64,000 bases of DNA from the NCBI GenBank assembly GCA_964016885.1, contig OZ024744.1:50468001-50532000 (forward strand), written 5' to 3'. The notes below the pieces were generated by a model. The model saw only the letters and a program-made list of their open reading frames with translations. It was not told the DNA's origin and did no database searches. Shown piece after piece: positions 1 through 13,448 of this stretch. Positions within the stretch are counted from its first letter, which is position 1. Each line of letters starts with the position of its first letter. This DNA comes from Eledone cirrhosa (taxonomy: Eukaryota). The translations under genes were made by a program, and so were the position numbers.

Positions 1-149
1 TCACTTCTTTATTTCAGTCATGGAAAACCCAAAACCAACACTAATTCATCTCTCACTCCCCTCCCCAAGTTTTCATCTTCTTTCTCTTACTCTTACAGTG
101 AACTCCATAACTTCAGATCTGACACCATCAACATAGGCATGATGAAAGG

Positions 150-815
150 AACACCAAGAAAGATTGTGGAGATGCTAGAATGAAAGAAAATTGATGTGTG
201 TTGTGCACAAAAGACTAACTAAATGGAGAGAAATGTCAGCCAGAGTCCTTGTGGGCAAAAATCGATGCTACAAATTTTTCTTGGTGGGCAATGAGAATGG
301 GTTGAGTGGAGTAGGTATTATGTTAGCAGAAAAAATAGGTAGATAAAGGTAATTGCTGTAAATACATTGATCAACAAAATAATTAAACTAGCCCTAAATA
401 GAACAACTGTAATAATTCTATCTGCATATGCACCACAATCTTGACTGTCAGATGAACTAAAAGACAGGTTTATTAATCCCTAATGCACACTACTTCGCTA
501 TTAAGCGATGGTGTCTTCATAATTATTGCAGGTGATTTTAACAGGCATGTTGGGCAACACTGAGACGGCTTCTACGGAGTCCACAGAGGTTTTCAGTTTG
601 GTGTGAGAATGAGGAAGGTTTCAGGCTCCTGGAATTCTGTGACACTTATGATCTAACTATCTTAAAAAATAGACAATCACTTGATCACATATAGATCACA
701 TGAGCATGCCAACCAGAAAGATTTTATCCAAACCAGAGGACAAGATAGAGTGACAGTTGTAAATACAAAGTCTCTATCTAGTAAGGAATGTACCTTCCAA
801 CACAACCTAGTAGTT
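150..815 (+). mobile_element. RTE-clade LINE, degenerate 5' part (APE endonuclease), interrupted by CRE insertion
   Basis: Seen: SAYAPQ and AGDFNRHVG-like motifs; colinear with the RTE copy at 61355-61800. Confidence 0.85.
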
Positions 816-3520
816 CATGCATGGGGTCCCATGTGCTGGCCTCCCCACAGTCCCGGCGGACAGAATGGAGAAGGTGTTTCCCCAGAGGATGGTAAGGGAG
901 ATGCGATGAAAGAGCCATTCCATCTCGCAAGGCTCACATGTTCGGCTGGCCAGCTCAGTGCCTATGGTGGTGAGTAAGGAGGTAGCCCTAGGGCCAAGGA
1001 CACCAGAAATCTCCACTGCCAAGGGCACAACCACAAACCTGTCGGAGAGTGACCAGTACTTGGAGAGTTTGCCCTCCTCAGCTCAACGTGCAGCAGAATC
1101 TGGGTTAGCCACAGACTGTACCAGGTTGCGGCTGGAGAAAGTGTCACTGCAAGTGGCATCCCAAATGAGGGGTTTGCCACTGCAGAATGGGAAGATGGTC
1201 ATACTGTCTGGCCTTTTGCCATCCCTTCAGTCCATCCCCACCGGCTCGAACTGGAAGGGGAAGCCTGCAGCATCCAAGCCATGCTTTATGACCTCGTTGA
1301 GGGCAACATGGTATGGAAGGTGGCCGGCACTGTGGTGACAGGAAAGCAGGTGGAGGCCAAGAGAGACCATGGTGGATCCACAGCGACATTTATGTGGCTT
1401 ACAGATCCGGAGGCCAAGCCTCAGGAAAACGCCAATGTGCAGGCTATTGGTGTCCAGCTGCATGCCAATGGAGAAGGTGGGCAAAAACAGGCAATTTGGT
1501 GGTGGTTGACCTGGCGCGTGAGCCTGTCTGAGGCCAGGTTGCACTGGATGACATCCCAAATGCTTTGGGAGGACTTGATGTCAGCAGGGGGAGAAGGAGG
1601 AGGGACGTCTACTGGGCTAAGTCCCATTGGTCCCACGTCTCACAGGCGGCCTCACGTTCCCCAATCACAGAGGGTTCCATTGTGTTTTGGAGAACCCTGC
1701 TGGAACCTGGATCTGATGGTGGAGTGGATGGCCGGCGAGTGGATCACCTGTACCTGGTGGAGAATCGACCTCACGTCTGAGACAGAGGCTGCAAAGCTCT
1801 CATCATCATGATTGATATTCACCACCTCCGACTTGGATGTGTTGATCTGGAGGCTGATTCTGGTCAGGGCAGGAACCACCAATTGTAGGTCGTGGCAGAC
1901 AGTCTCTGCTGGCATCATCCAGGCATCAAACTTTGAGAGGGGCCATGATACTCCAGGCAATGTGGTCTATGCCAAGAGCAAATAGGAGGGGGCTCAAAGG
2001 GTCACTAGTTGGACCCTAGTGGCTGAAGGTATAACCGTATCAGCAGCAAGGAGCATGCTCGGGGCTCCATATGACAGGTAGGCCAGCGGGTAGGAAGAGA
2101 GGGCTTGGCTGATGCAGGCATCAAGCAGATCGTCCTGGCATATGCAGTTGAAGGCATTCCTCATGTCAAGCTTGACAATGAGGTGCCTAGAGTCCCTGGA
2201 TGCCGATTCTGGTGGACAGCTAATGAAGAACTGCCTGGTTGCATATGTGGCCCCTTCACAGCCACCGGACACACGACACCCAGTTGCACCGGGATGAGTT
2301 CCTTGCCCAGTTCAGGTGTGATGATCCTCCAGACCACCTTAGCAGCCAGCCTCCGGAAGACATTGCCCACAGCGATGGGGCATATGCCACCTTCCTTCTT
2401 CCTGAGAGCAGTCAGGCTAGCTGAAAAAAAAAGGCCTCAAGCGTGAGGGTCCAGGGTGCCATGGATGAACCTATTGGTGAGTGGCACAATTGCACTCAGA
2501 AGGCAGCGCCCGGCCTCAGTGGAGAGGAGAGATAACAACTGCTTGTGGTGGCCAGGTCAGAGAACATCAGCACCTCCGCTGCCGCTAGCTGGGAAGGACT
2601 TGATGGCAGACATGATGTCTGCATTGGAAGCCACAAGAAGCAAGTGGGGATTGGGTGGGGGTATGGGTCTAATATCAGCAGGTGGCTCAGGGTGCTTGAG
2701 TCGCAGGGTAGCCTGGACCTCCTCGGTGGGTTGGAGGACAGTGTCATCTGAGGCAACCACTCTGACTGCGGCCGGGACATCACCCATGATTAGTTTGGCA
2801 TTTACGCCATCACGTAAACGCTTGGCACTGGGCTCAGGATTGAAGATACCTGAGAACAGGGTGTGTGGTGTACTTTGGCACGCTAGGGATGGGCGCTTGC
2901 CCAAAGGACGAAACATTGGCCTTGACAAAGGCTGCTGTCGACAGGCCGCCTCGGTCAGCACCAGAGTTGGGGAGGCCGACAGGCCGCCTCGGTCAGCACC
3001 AGAGTTGGGGAGGCCGAGGGCGAGCGGGGCGAAATAAATGAGGCGCCCCAGTCGCTGGCTCGATTAGAGTCCAGGGCCCTCTCAATTGAGGAAGTGAGAG
3101 CATGGCTACCAGCACCCAGGCCACTCTCGGGATCTTAAGCGGAATCTTCTGGATCCGCCTGAGCCGAGCGATGTTGACCTGTGAGGCTTGAGCATCAGAC
3201 AAGCGCACTGTCTCATCAAGTGGTGTGCCAGTTGGCCACGGCTGGGCAGATGAGGGGAAGAGACAGTTGCTGCATCTGCACACTGCGAGGGCACTGGAGG
3301 CTCGATGCATCAAGCCAACACAAGTGAGGTGGTGGAAACAGCCACACCCCGAACAGTTCCGGCCCCTTTTCCGCCTATTTGACTGGTGGGGATGGAGGAT
3401 GGGGCATGAAGCCTGGGACTGGAGTTACAAACGGCATCAAGGGCGAGTGGATGGTTGTCATCGGTCTGGGTTTTAGCTTCAACTGTATGTGGGTGGAAGG
3501 GAAAGTGCTGATATGAGTGA
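816..3520 (-). mobile_element. CRE-clade (restriction-like endonuclease) non-LTR retrotransposon, frameshifted pseudogene
   Basis: Seen in minus ORF fragments: AAVRVVASDDT..LRLKHP..AIKSFPASGSGG, GNVFRRLAAKV, QLGV, KLDMRNAFN, CRCG..LHLLSC..YHVALNEVIK (CCHC), FEPVG, PLAVEISG. Knowledge: motif order RT-CCHC-RLE typical of CRE elements. Confidence 0.85.
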
Positions 3521-3997
3521 GGCCTTATAGCTCACCTACACCAGATCTGGAGGCAACAGAAGACAAGACAAAAAAAAGAGGGAGGGGGGCATGGAGGGGG
3601 ACACACGAGGAAGTAAAAAATTAGTAAATAGATGAATGAACGAATGAATAAATGGGTGGACAAGCAAAACCAGGGGTTGTTTCCAGCGGAAAGACCCAGA
3701 GATCTGCACGCACACATGCGAGCATGTTAACAGTTTCTTATAGAACCATGTGGCTAAAGATGAGTCTATCAATCCTGAAAATATGTGTTGTTGTTGCTGG
3801 TGTTGTTATTATTGTTACTGTTGCTGTCATTGCCTTCCTCTTGTTAATGGTAGTGGTAGTTGATACTGCTACCTATTTCAGCTGTCAGGCTGGCTACTGA
3901 AGCTCGAATGCGTTCTTTGACCAAAGATGCAGGACCATTGGCTATTGCCATTTAAGAGTTTGTGGATGTTATTTTGGTAATGGACTAGCATTATTTT

Positions 3998-6125
3998 AGG
4001 AACCTTATAGTTAAGGCTAGACAAACTTGGAGACAGAGGGAAACTTGGAGGAGAAGGATATGGAAGTTAAAGGATCCCTCAGCCAGTAACAAATTTAAAG
4101 ATATGTTGCTTGATACTTTTGACAGTAATGAAGAGAAAATAGAGATATATAATATAGAGGGGCAGTGGGAGTTCCCGGAAGATAATCTGCTGAAGGTGAC
4201 AAACAAAATCTGTGGCTGGAGCAGCTTTTTAGGGAGAATGAGAGTGACTTGATGGGGAAACATCAAAGTGGATGAGACAATTAAGATCAAAAGACAAACA
4301 TGGAACAAATGGAAAAATGGGAGAAGTAGAGAACACTACCAGGATGCTAAGAGAGAAGCTAGGCAACAAATATATTTTGCAAGAAGTAAAGCAGAAAATA
4401 AAAAATTTAAGCATGTTTAGCAACGTGAGAACCAACAGCATGGGGTGTTTAGGATTGTGAGGCAGTGTGACAGGGAAAATTATGATGTTGAGAAGTATGT
4501 CTAAGATGATAATGGAAGTGCCACTATGAAAGTCTACTGAATGAGGAGAATGCATGGGAGGAAGATAGTTTTCCCTGTGTGAACACAACAAATGAACTGG
4601 CTGAACAAGTCAGCTGTAAGGAAATTAAGGATATGAAGACAAACAAAGGAGCTGGACCTTCAAGGATAGTTTCCAAGATGCTGAAAGCATCTGGGATGGA
4701 GGGGGGAGGGGGTTCACACCTTAACCATCCATATTGTAAATCAAGTAATACAAAATGAGCTCATACCCAATGACTGGCACTAGAGATGCACTAGACAGTT
4801 AAAACTATAGAGGCATCATGTTGATGAACCAGGTCATGAAAGTCACAGAAAGGTTTATAGCACAGTTGATTAGGGACTGAATTAACCTAGAGGAGATGCA
4901 GTTTGGATTTGTGCCATGTAAATGTTGCCTTCTTACTTGTTGACCTGAAGAAAGCTTTTTACAGAATCCCTGTCCCATTATCTGGTGGTCACTTAGAAAT
5001 ATAGGAGTAGATGAGTGGTTTGTGAAGGCTGTACAAGCCATGTATACAGGAGCAGACAGTAAAGTTAGAATTAACAATTATTATAGCGAAGAATTTAATG
5101 TGTAGGTGTCCACCAGGTCAGGGTTCTGTTCTTAGCCCTCTCCTGCTTATTATCATCCTGCAGGTTATAACAATAAAGTTTAAGACTGGCTGCCATGGAA
5201 ACTTCTGTATGCAGATGACCTAATTCTTGTAGCTGAATCTATAGCAGAGTTAGAGAAGAAATTCCAAGCCTGGCCTAGAATCAAAAAGTCAGAAAGCATC
5301 GCCTAGAATCAAAAAATCTTCAAGTCAACTTGGCAACGACTAAATTCATAGTATGTAGAACGTGAAACAGGGCCCAGATTCAGAGAAATGGCCTAGCTCT
5401 GTGTGCAGGAAAGGAGTAAGTAGAAATTCCATCCTATATCCTAAATGCAAACTATGGCTTACACAAGAGATGTAGTGGGATCTCAAGCAGGCTAGCAAAG
5501 AACATAGGTTTGATATGTAGTTGATGCACAGAAGTAATAGCAAGAGTACTCTGGTCACAAGCTTCTTTGAATGCCCAGAGGCCTTAGTAGAAGTAGTTGA
5601 TAGTTTCTGTTATTTAGGCGACCAAATTAACAGTGGCGGTGAGTGCTCTGAAAGTACAGTAGCCAGCTAGCAACAAAAGGGTTTTCCCTCAAAATGAAAA
5701 GCAGACGGTATGAAGTTTGTCTTTGAACAACAATGCTGTATGGAAGTGAGACCTGGGCAATATGTGCAGAGGACCTACGAAGATTGGAAAGAAATGAAGC
5801 TTGCATGCTTTGATGGATATGCAAAAGCGGTATGCATGAATGACAAAGCATCAATAAACTGAGAGAGAAATTAGATGTAAGAGGGGTCAGATTTAGTGTA
5901 CAGGAAAGAAGATTGCAGTGGTTTGGACATGTGAATCATATGGAGGATGGCAGCTGGATAAAAAGGTGATGGGCACACAAAGTCGAAAGAAACTATGGAA
6001 GAGGAAGACCTAGAAAAGTTTGGGATGAAGTTATAAAACCTGACCTTGTTCAATTAAACCTCACAAAGGTGATGTCACAGGATCGAAATCTCTGGTGCCA
6101 TGCTGTACTGCAGATGACCTGCCTT
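3998..6125 (+). mobile_element. RTE-clade LINE, degenerate 3' part (RT, PHD-like insert, C-terminus)
   Basis: Seen: EMQFGFVP, LLYADDL, GRPRKVWD motifs with stops; colinear with 61800-64000. Confidence 0.9.
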
Positions 6126-6902
6126 CTCATGTACACAGAAGGAAATGAAACAAACATGTAGAGGACACAATAGTCTGTACCAATCTTCTCTGTATCCCTC
6201 CCCATTCACTCTCTCCAAACTTAATACCCTGCTCTCACCAACTAAATATTCCATGCACCTCGTTGATGTAGAACTTGCTTACTTTCTCTCCAACTTCAAA
6301 CTCTCCCCTCTGATACACCTTACCTCCCCAACCCATGCATACAAACATGAAAGCTGGATACACTCTACAATCTGATCTTCCATAATGCTGTTACCACAAC
6401 AATAGCATTAAGTTCACCCTGTATGCTGGTCCGGTGCCACAACAACAAAAACACCCATCCTGTACAGTGGTGGTGATGGTGACAACAAAAAGTGTCCAGT
6501 CCACCCTGTTAAGTGGTTGTTTCAGTTAGTTATGTAATTCCATATCATCAATCAGGAAAAAGTACATCTTGTTTGCTGTCATTCTTCAGAAACATTGGAT
6601 TTGGGTTTTATTAATTTGCTGAGAAAGCAGGTGACATGGAAGAAAAAGAGTGGAGAAGAAATTAAGGCAAATAAAAAACATATAAAAAAGATTATACTTA
6701 AGAAATTATATGAATTTATAAAGTACAAATATAAAGAAAGAAATCAGTGCAAAATATTTATGAGTGAGTGGGATAGTAAATTGTATGAAGATTGTTAGAC
6801 AAATCATTTTATGTATTGGTCAGTCATATAACATAGGCAAGTTAAATCTGGTGGAGAAAATAGGTCATACAATATATTATATTTGACTTCTCCAAATATC
6901 AG

Positions 6903-7105
6903 TCGCTCACCCACAGGTTTGTAGTCAAGCCAATAGCAGCGGAGACTTTTGGTATCCTTGGTCCTAGGGCCACCTCCCTACTCACCACCATCGGCACAGA
7001 GTTGGCTACCCGCAGGTGTGAGCCTCACAATCTGCAATGGCTCTTCCAGTACATCTCCCTCACCATCTTCCAGGGAAATGTCTTCTCTATTCTGTCCGCA
7101 TAGGC
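6903..7105 (+). mobile_element. 5'-truncated CRE 3' fragment
   Basis: Seen: closely resembles the reverse complement of ~855-1050 (CCTAGGGCCACCTCCCTACTCACCACCAT). Confidence 0.8.
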
Positions 7106-7249
7106 TCTCATTTGTTCACAAAAGTGAGAGATAGGGAGAGTGGGAGAGACGGAGGCAGTGACAGTGGGAGTTTGGTTCCCTTGTGTTTTCAGACCTGGTG
7201 TATATGTATATATGTGTATATAATTTTGCAGTTGGATCTTTGCAAATCA

Positions 7250-7567
7250 TTCATCATCATCATCATTTTACATCTGCTTTTCCCTGCTTGCAAGGGTGGG
7301 ACAGGAACTGATTCTGGCTTGATTTCTACAGCTGGATGCCCTTCCTAACACCAACCTCATTTACAGTGAGTGCTGGGTGCTTTTTTGCCGTGGCACCTCC
7401 ACAACCACTTTGCAGTGGAATGATAGGGACCCCAGTCCTATCATCTCATTTATACAGCTGAGTAAACTGGAGCAACGTGAAATAAAGTGTCTTGTTCAAG
7501 GAAACAACACATCACCCAGTCTGAGAATTGAACTCACAACCTTTTGATTGCAAGGCCAATGCTCTAA
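7250..7567 (-). mobile_element. tRNA-head SINE with RTE-like 3' tail (head truncated)
   Basis: Seen: near-identical to reverse complement of 29386-29730. Confidence 0.8.
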
Positions 7568-7976
7568 TATATATGTAATTGTTTAAATGTGCACACATAA
7601 ACCTGCATATCTAATGAGATATTGATGCAGAGTCGGGCCCTGGCTATCATGATTGCACCTTGAGCTGATCAATATAGAAAAAATTGTCATATGTGAATAA
7701 AGTTTGTTTATGATGTAACTTTGAGACTTTGTTCCTACTTACTTTTATTTGCACTCTGCATGTTACACAAATGTGTTAAGCCTAGACGGGATGGATCTTT
7801 GGAACTGTATTGAGTGCTCTGACTGGCAGATTACATGTAGCTATCATTTTACACCTACCTTATATATGAAGTGAAGTCTATTTGTTGTGGTTAATTTGAA
7901 GAAAAGACAAACAGGATATAACAATTCTACTCTTATATACAATAAAATTTCACCTCACAAAATGAAAATATGATTG

Positions 7977-8419
7977 CGTAGCGCTCTCTAGACATGGGAA
8001 GTTGCTAGAGTTACTTCCCATTCAAATTCTAGAACCTTCCTTTTAACTTCCGTTCAAGGGATTATAAAAGATGGAACTGAAATTCATCTCTCTCACTTTT
8101 GCCGATCAACCCTTGAAGTGATCACATCGAGTGCAAACATGCTAACCTTTTTCCAACCACATCTTATACCTTGTCATGCCATGAGGTACATTTGCTTACC
8201 ACATTTGTAACATACGGACTACAATAAACGCAAGTTATTTTGAAACTCGTCTTGAGAAACTTATTATGCTTCAGTTATTACTTCAAATGTAGTGAGAGAT
8301 AATTCTTATGCGAAATGAAATTGTTTGAAAATTCTTCTATCTTTTATTTCTATTAAATTTAGTAGTTGGGATCCGATGGTACTTACTGGAGTAAGTAACC
8401 CTGGGACCAACTCACTAAA
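7977..8419 (+). repeat. 5' LTR
   Basis: Seen: direct repeat of 13001-13448 with scattered substitutions and two small indels; internal TATAAAA and AATAAA. Confidence 0.95.
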
Positions 8420-8421
8420 AG

Positions 8422-8433
8422 TGGTGACCCCGA
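8422..8433 (+). promoter_or_regulatory. Primer binding site complementary to tRNA-Trp 3' end
   Basis: Seen: TGGTGACCCCGA two bases after the LTR. Knowledge: complement of eukaryotic tRNA-Trp ...TCGGGGTCACCA. Confidence 0.85.
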
Positions 8434-8886
8434 ATACGCAACAAAACAAATTCATTTATTCAACAGCGTATAAAAGTAGTGACAAATATTTTCATACACT
8501 ATTACAATTTATTGCTACACAATATATTGCTAAACAACTCCACTAAAATGGTAAACCCAACAACTACACAGAAAGAAAAAATTATTCACAACTCCAGGAA
8601 ATTCGTTTTATTTCAGTCAGTTCGTGTGGGGTGAACAAAATAGAAAACAAAATGTTTGTCCCTTGTATCGTCGGTTCAACCAAGCTTTCGTTTTTGAAGT
8701 CGCCATCTTACTTGCTCGGTGCTACATTTTACTTCAGCTATTCATGGTACCACCATGTGTGCCTATAATTTTGAAAATACAGCTAATTTTTTCCTTTCAA
8801 AAATGTTGTCGTTGGCGGATTCATGAAAGTTAAACCACGTGTGCGGCAATTGAAAAAAAGTTTGCTCAGCGGCTATTGTGTTCATC

Positions 8887-9650
8887 ATGAACAATTCTTC
8901 GTTACTGCCACATTCTAGTGATGCAAAGTTGTAGTTTGCACAACTGGACTCGTATTTTGCTTCCCACTGCGTTCAAGCGGCACAACAAAGATTACACGTG
9001 CTTATAAGTGGAATTCCTGCTTTGCTCGCAACCTCAGTTTAAGATATAATCACAGATCCTCCACAAGGCACATCTTACGAAACCCTAAAGGCAGAAGTGC
9101 TTAGACGAAACAGCTGTTCGTCTGAGAGCAGATTTCGTCCCTTGTTGCAGGAGGAAAACCTGGGAGACAGAACCCCGTCTCAGTTTTTACAGCGCATCCG
9201 GGAACTGAGCGACTCAACAGCAGAGGATAACTCTTTTGTGAAACAATTCTTCTTCTCCCGTTTGCCAACAAATGTGCTGACCATATTGGCGAATATGGTC
9301 GACACCAGTTCTCTGGAACAAATCGCAGCCTCGGTGGATCACATTATGGAATTTTCTCGTGTGCCTACTTCGGCAGATCACTCGTCGCTTCTTCTGCTTT
9401 TAAAATACAGCCTGCTTCCCCTCGTGAGGACTCAATGTTGAGAGCCATTGACGCGTTAACTCGTCAAGTGGCTTAACTGTGTCGGGAGCGAGCGCCATCC
9501 AAGCGGCGTTCACGGAATCGGTCTCCTTATCTTCATCGTCGCGCCAACCTCCCCGCCAACAACTCGTCTTTGTGCTGGTATCACGTGCGTTTTCGTGAAA
9601 AGGCGAAACATTGTATTCAGCCCCGCTCTTTCGAGACCCCGGAAAACTAA
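8887..9650 (+). pseudogene. gag: Gypsy gag with stops/frameshifts
   Basis: Seen: FAQLDSYF, LGDRTPSQFL, FFSRLP, CWYH motif, stop TAA 9648-9650. Confidence 0.85.
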
Positions 9651-12600
9651 AATTGGAGAGTCTGGGCCCGGCAGACCTCTCCCTCATTAATTCACCTTAT
9701 CGTGCTTTCTTTATCAAAGACCGAGTTTCAAACAAATCATTTATAGTGGACATAGGATCTAGTTGCAGTATTTGGCCTCTTCGGTTCAGCTCTACCAAGC
9801 CAAATTTTTCCGGCATTTCCTTGTATGCAGTAAACCAGTCTCCTATAAAAACTTATGGACAAATATCTTTATCATTGGACCTAGACTTGCGTCGAGATTT
9901 CAAATGGATTTTCGTCATTGCGGACCTACCACATCCGATTCTCGGTGCTGATTTTCTACACCACTATTCACTATTGGTAAATCTCAGGAGACAGAAACTT
10001 GTGGATGGTACCACATCCTTATCTACGCCTGCTCGTAGGTCTACTGCTACTGTCATAAGTCCCGCGTGTTTTATAGCTGCCTCTGGAAACCAGTTTCATT
10101 CACTTCTTGCCTCGTTTCCCGAGCTAACTGACATTTCATTTAAACCGAATCAAGTAGTCCACTCGACTCGACATTTTATTACAACAACTGCTCCGCCTGT
10201 TTTTTTCTCGTCCACGTAGGTTGGCTCCGGACAGGCTAAAGAAAGCCAAGGATGAGTTCGAACACATGCTTCAGCTTGGTCTTATACGACCGTCAACCAG
10301 CCCATGGGCATCTCCGCTTCATTTGGCTCGTAAGGGTGAGGCGTATTTTCGACCTGTGGGAGATTATAGATGACTTAATGCCATCACTACACCTGATCGT
10401 TATCCTTTACCAAATTTACAGGATTTTTCATCCGTTCTGCATCGATGCAAGATATTTTCTAAAATAGATCTGGTACGGGCTTACCATCAAATACCCATGC
10501 ATCCAGAAGACATACCAAAAAACAGCTGTGACCACCCCTTTTGGTTCGTTTGAATTTCCGTCCATGCCTTTTGGCTTGCGGAATGCCTCTAGCACGTTCC
10601 AATGTTTTATCGATGAAGTCACGCGTGGATTGGATTTCGTGTTTGCTTACGTGGATGATCTCCTGATAGCTAGTGACTCAGCTGAGCACCATCATCAACA
10701 TCTATCCCAGTTATTTCAACGTCTTCGATCGTACCAAGTCAGAATCAACCCAGCTAAATGTGTGTTTGGTACAGCTTCACTGGAATTCCTTGGGCATCTT
10801 ATAGTTTCGGAAGGCATAGGACCTTTGCCATCTAAGGTAGAAGCGATTTAGCATATCGCACCACCCACATCCTTGAAAAAATTACGTCATTTCTTGGGAT
10901 TAATTAACTTTTATCGTCGTTTCATTCCTAACTGTTCCCCTTGACACAGTTTTTAAAGGTTGCAAAAAAGAAAGATACTCCTATTTCACTTTCTGCCGAT
11001 GCTTTGCAATCTTTTGAATCCGTCAAGTCTGAGCTAGCTGAAGTTTCTTTCCTCGCCTATCCTGTTGCAAACGTGAAACTTTTTTTATCTGTTGATGCAT
11101 CCGATCATGCTGTTGGAGCAGTTTTGCAACATGCGATCGATCACCAGGTTCAACCAGTAGCGTTCTTCTCACGCCAACTAAAACCAGCAGAGCAACGTTA
11201 CAGTACTTTTGACAGAGAGCTTTTAGCGATTTATCTTGCTGTGAGACACTTCCACCATCTTCTTGAAGGTCGGGAGTTCACGGTATTCACAGACCATAAA
11301 CCACTCACATTCGCTCTTCAAACCAAGTCCGACAGGTACTCTCCGAGAGCGTATAGGCATCTGGATCTCATCCCCCAGTATACCAGTGACATTCGTCATA
11401 TAGCTGGAACTGCCAACATACCCGTGGACGCACTATCTCGACTTTCTGTGTGTTCTCTTGCGTCTCCTGCACATATCGATTTGGTTGCCATAGCAACTGA
11501 CCAACCTACTTTGGATTCGTTGGACATTTCTTCTACCGAGCTTTCCTGCTGTAAATTTGAATATTTACTTCTTTCATCTGCTGAAGGAAAAATTCTTTGC
11601 GATATTTCTACTGGCTCACCCAGACCACTTGTTCCAGATTGCCATCAATGTACCGTTTTTGATGCACTTCATTCCTTGTCGCATCCCGGCATAGCTGCCA
11701 CGGTGAAGCTTATTACGGCTCGATTTTTTTTGGCCTAATATGCGTCGTTTAATCACCGGTTCGGCATGTTCTTGTTTGAAGTGTCAGGGCTCTAAGATTT
11801 ATCGGCATGTCCGCGCTCCTCTTGGGAAATTCAGCCCGCCAGACGCATGTTTCTGTCATATTCACATGGATATTCTTGGTCCGTGGCCCGTTAGTCGTGG
11901 GTTCACATAACAGCAGAGTCCGTTGCCCAAGCTTTCATTTCCAATTGGATTGCTCGCTTTGGTGTTCCTACTAAAATAACTACGGATCATGGACGCCAAT
12001 TTGAAGCTTCCTTATTTCGTGAAATATCACGACTCTTGGGTGCTCATCACATTCATACGACCAGCTATCACCTAGCCTCCAATGAAATGGTGGAGAGGTT
12101 TCATAGACAGTTGAAAGCTGCACTTCGCGATACTCCTGATCCGCAATGTTGGAAAGAATTTTTGCCAATCATGCTTCTTGGTTGTCGTTCTACCATTAAG
12201 ACAGATTTAGGTTTTTCTTCTGCTGAACTTCTTTATGGTACCACATTGACTCTTCCTGGACAAATGTTAGCACCAGTGGATTCATCGCATCTTGACCCAG
12301 CATCATATGTCACCAGGATTCGTTCGTATTTCTCGGATCTTCCACCAATGAACCCTCGTGACCAGTCTATTTCTTCTGCTGTCCCATCGGACATCTCTAC
12401 ACATTTTTATACGGAATGGTTCCGTCAAGGGACCACTTACGTCACCCTACAATGGACCTTTTTGTGTGCTTTTGCACACACCCAAACATTTCACAGTGGC
12501 AAAGAAGGCTGAAAGTCTCATTACACTGCCTGACATACCTCGTACATACACTCCCACACCAACACCTCTAATGAAAACACTACATACCACACAACCTTAT

Positions 12601-12663
12601 GTCACACGAGGTGGCAGGACGGGAAAATGGCCACGAAAACTCTCAAAAACAGTATACATCTAA
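9641..12663 (+). pseudogene. pol: Gypsy pol (PR, RT, RNase H, IN), disrupted; internal deletion in integrase near 11910
   Basis: Seen: [60 protein letters not shown]. Confidence 0.92.
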
Positions 12664-13000
12664 CCCCTAGTGGCATTAACAAACTTCTTTTTCAGTTTTC
12701 AGATAGAACTAGTGTCAGAAAGTCTGTACACTGGTGATCTATGAACTATTTGATTTCGTAAAACCTTGAACTTACCATTGAGCATTAAATTTCTCTGCTC
12801 CCTTATATTGACTTTGAATTATCAGTTTGTTACATTCACATTTTTCTTTGTAAAACGCATTTACTTGTTTTGTGCTCCTTTGCTCGTGTTTTTTATTCAT
12901 TCATTTTCTTGTACCTTTTGTTTTGCTCCTCATTTCTTACGGGTTCTCACTACAATGACCTTCGATTGGTTATTCGACTTCTCGTCTGAGAGGGGAGTCT

Positions 13001-13448
13001 TGTAATGCTCTCTAGAAAAGGGAAGTAGCTAGAGTTACTTCCCATTGAAATTCTAGAACTTTCGTTTTAACTTCCGTTCAAGGGATTATAAAAGATGGAA
13101 CTGAAATTCATCTCTCTCTCTTTTGCCGATCAACCCTTGAAGTGATCACATCGAGTGCAAACCCTTTTCTAACCACATCTTATGGTTCAGGATTATACCT
13201 TGTCATGCCACGAGGTACATTTGCTTACCACATTTGTAACATATGGACTACAATAAACGCAAGTTATTTTGATACTCGTCTTGAGAAACTTATTATGCTG
13301 CAGTTATTACTTCAAATGTAGTGAGAGATAATTCTCACGCGAAATGAAATTGTATGAAAATTCTCCTATCTCTTATTTCTATTAAATTTAGTAGTTGGGA
13401 TCCGGTGGTACTTACTGGAGTAAGTAACCCTGGGACCAACTCACTAAA
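13001..13448 (+). repeat. 3' LTR preceded by polypurine tract GAGAGGGGAG
   Basis: Seen: starts TGTAA, repeat of 7977-8419. Confidence 0.95.

Larger units (their letters stand above)
7977..13448 (+). mobile_element. Full-length decayed Ty3/Gypsy LTR retrotransposon, CsRn1/Boudicca/Kabuki-like clade
   Basis: Seen: two LTRs, 4-bp TSD ATTG (7973-7976, 13449-13452), PBS, PPT, gag-PR-RT(YVDD)-RNaseH-IN order, gag motif CWYH-x9-C-x3-(C>R). Knowledge: CHCC gag motif plus tRNA-Trp PBS characterise the CsRn1 clade. Confidence 0.95.

Noticed and set aside
958-3476. Plus-strand ORFs of 100-190 aa
   Set aside because: Antisense shadows of the GC-rich CRE coding sequence.
7574-7767. Possible solo LTR (TGTAA...TTACA with AATAAA)
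   Set aside because: No TSD and no second copy in window.
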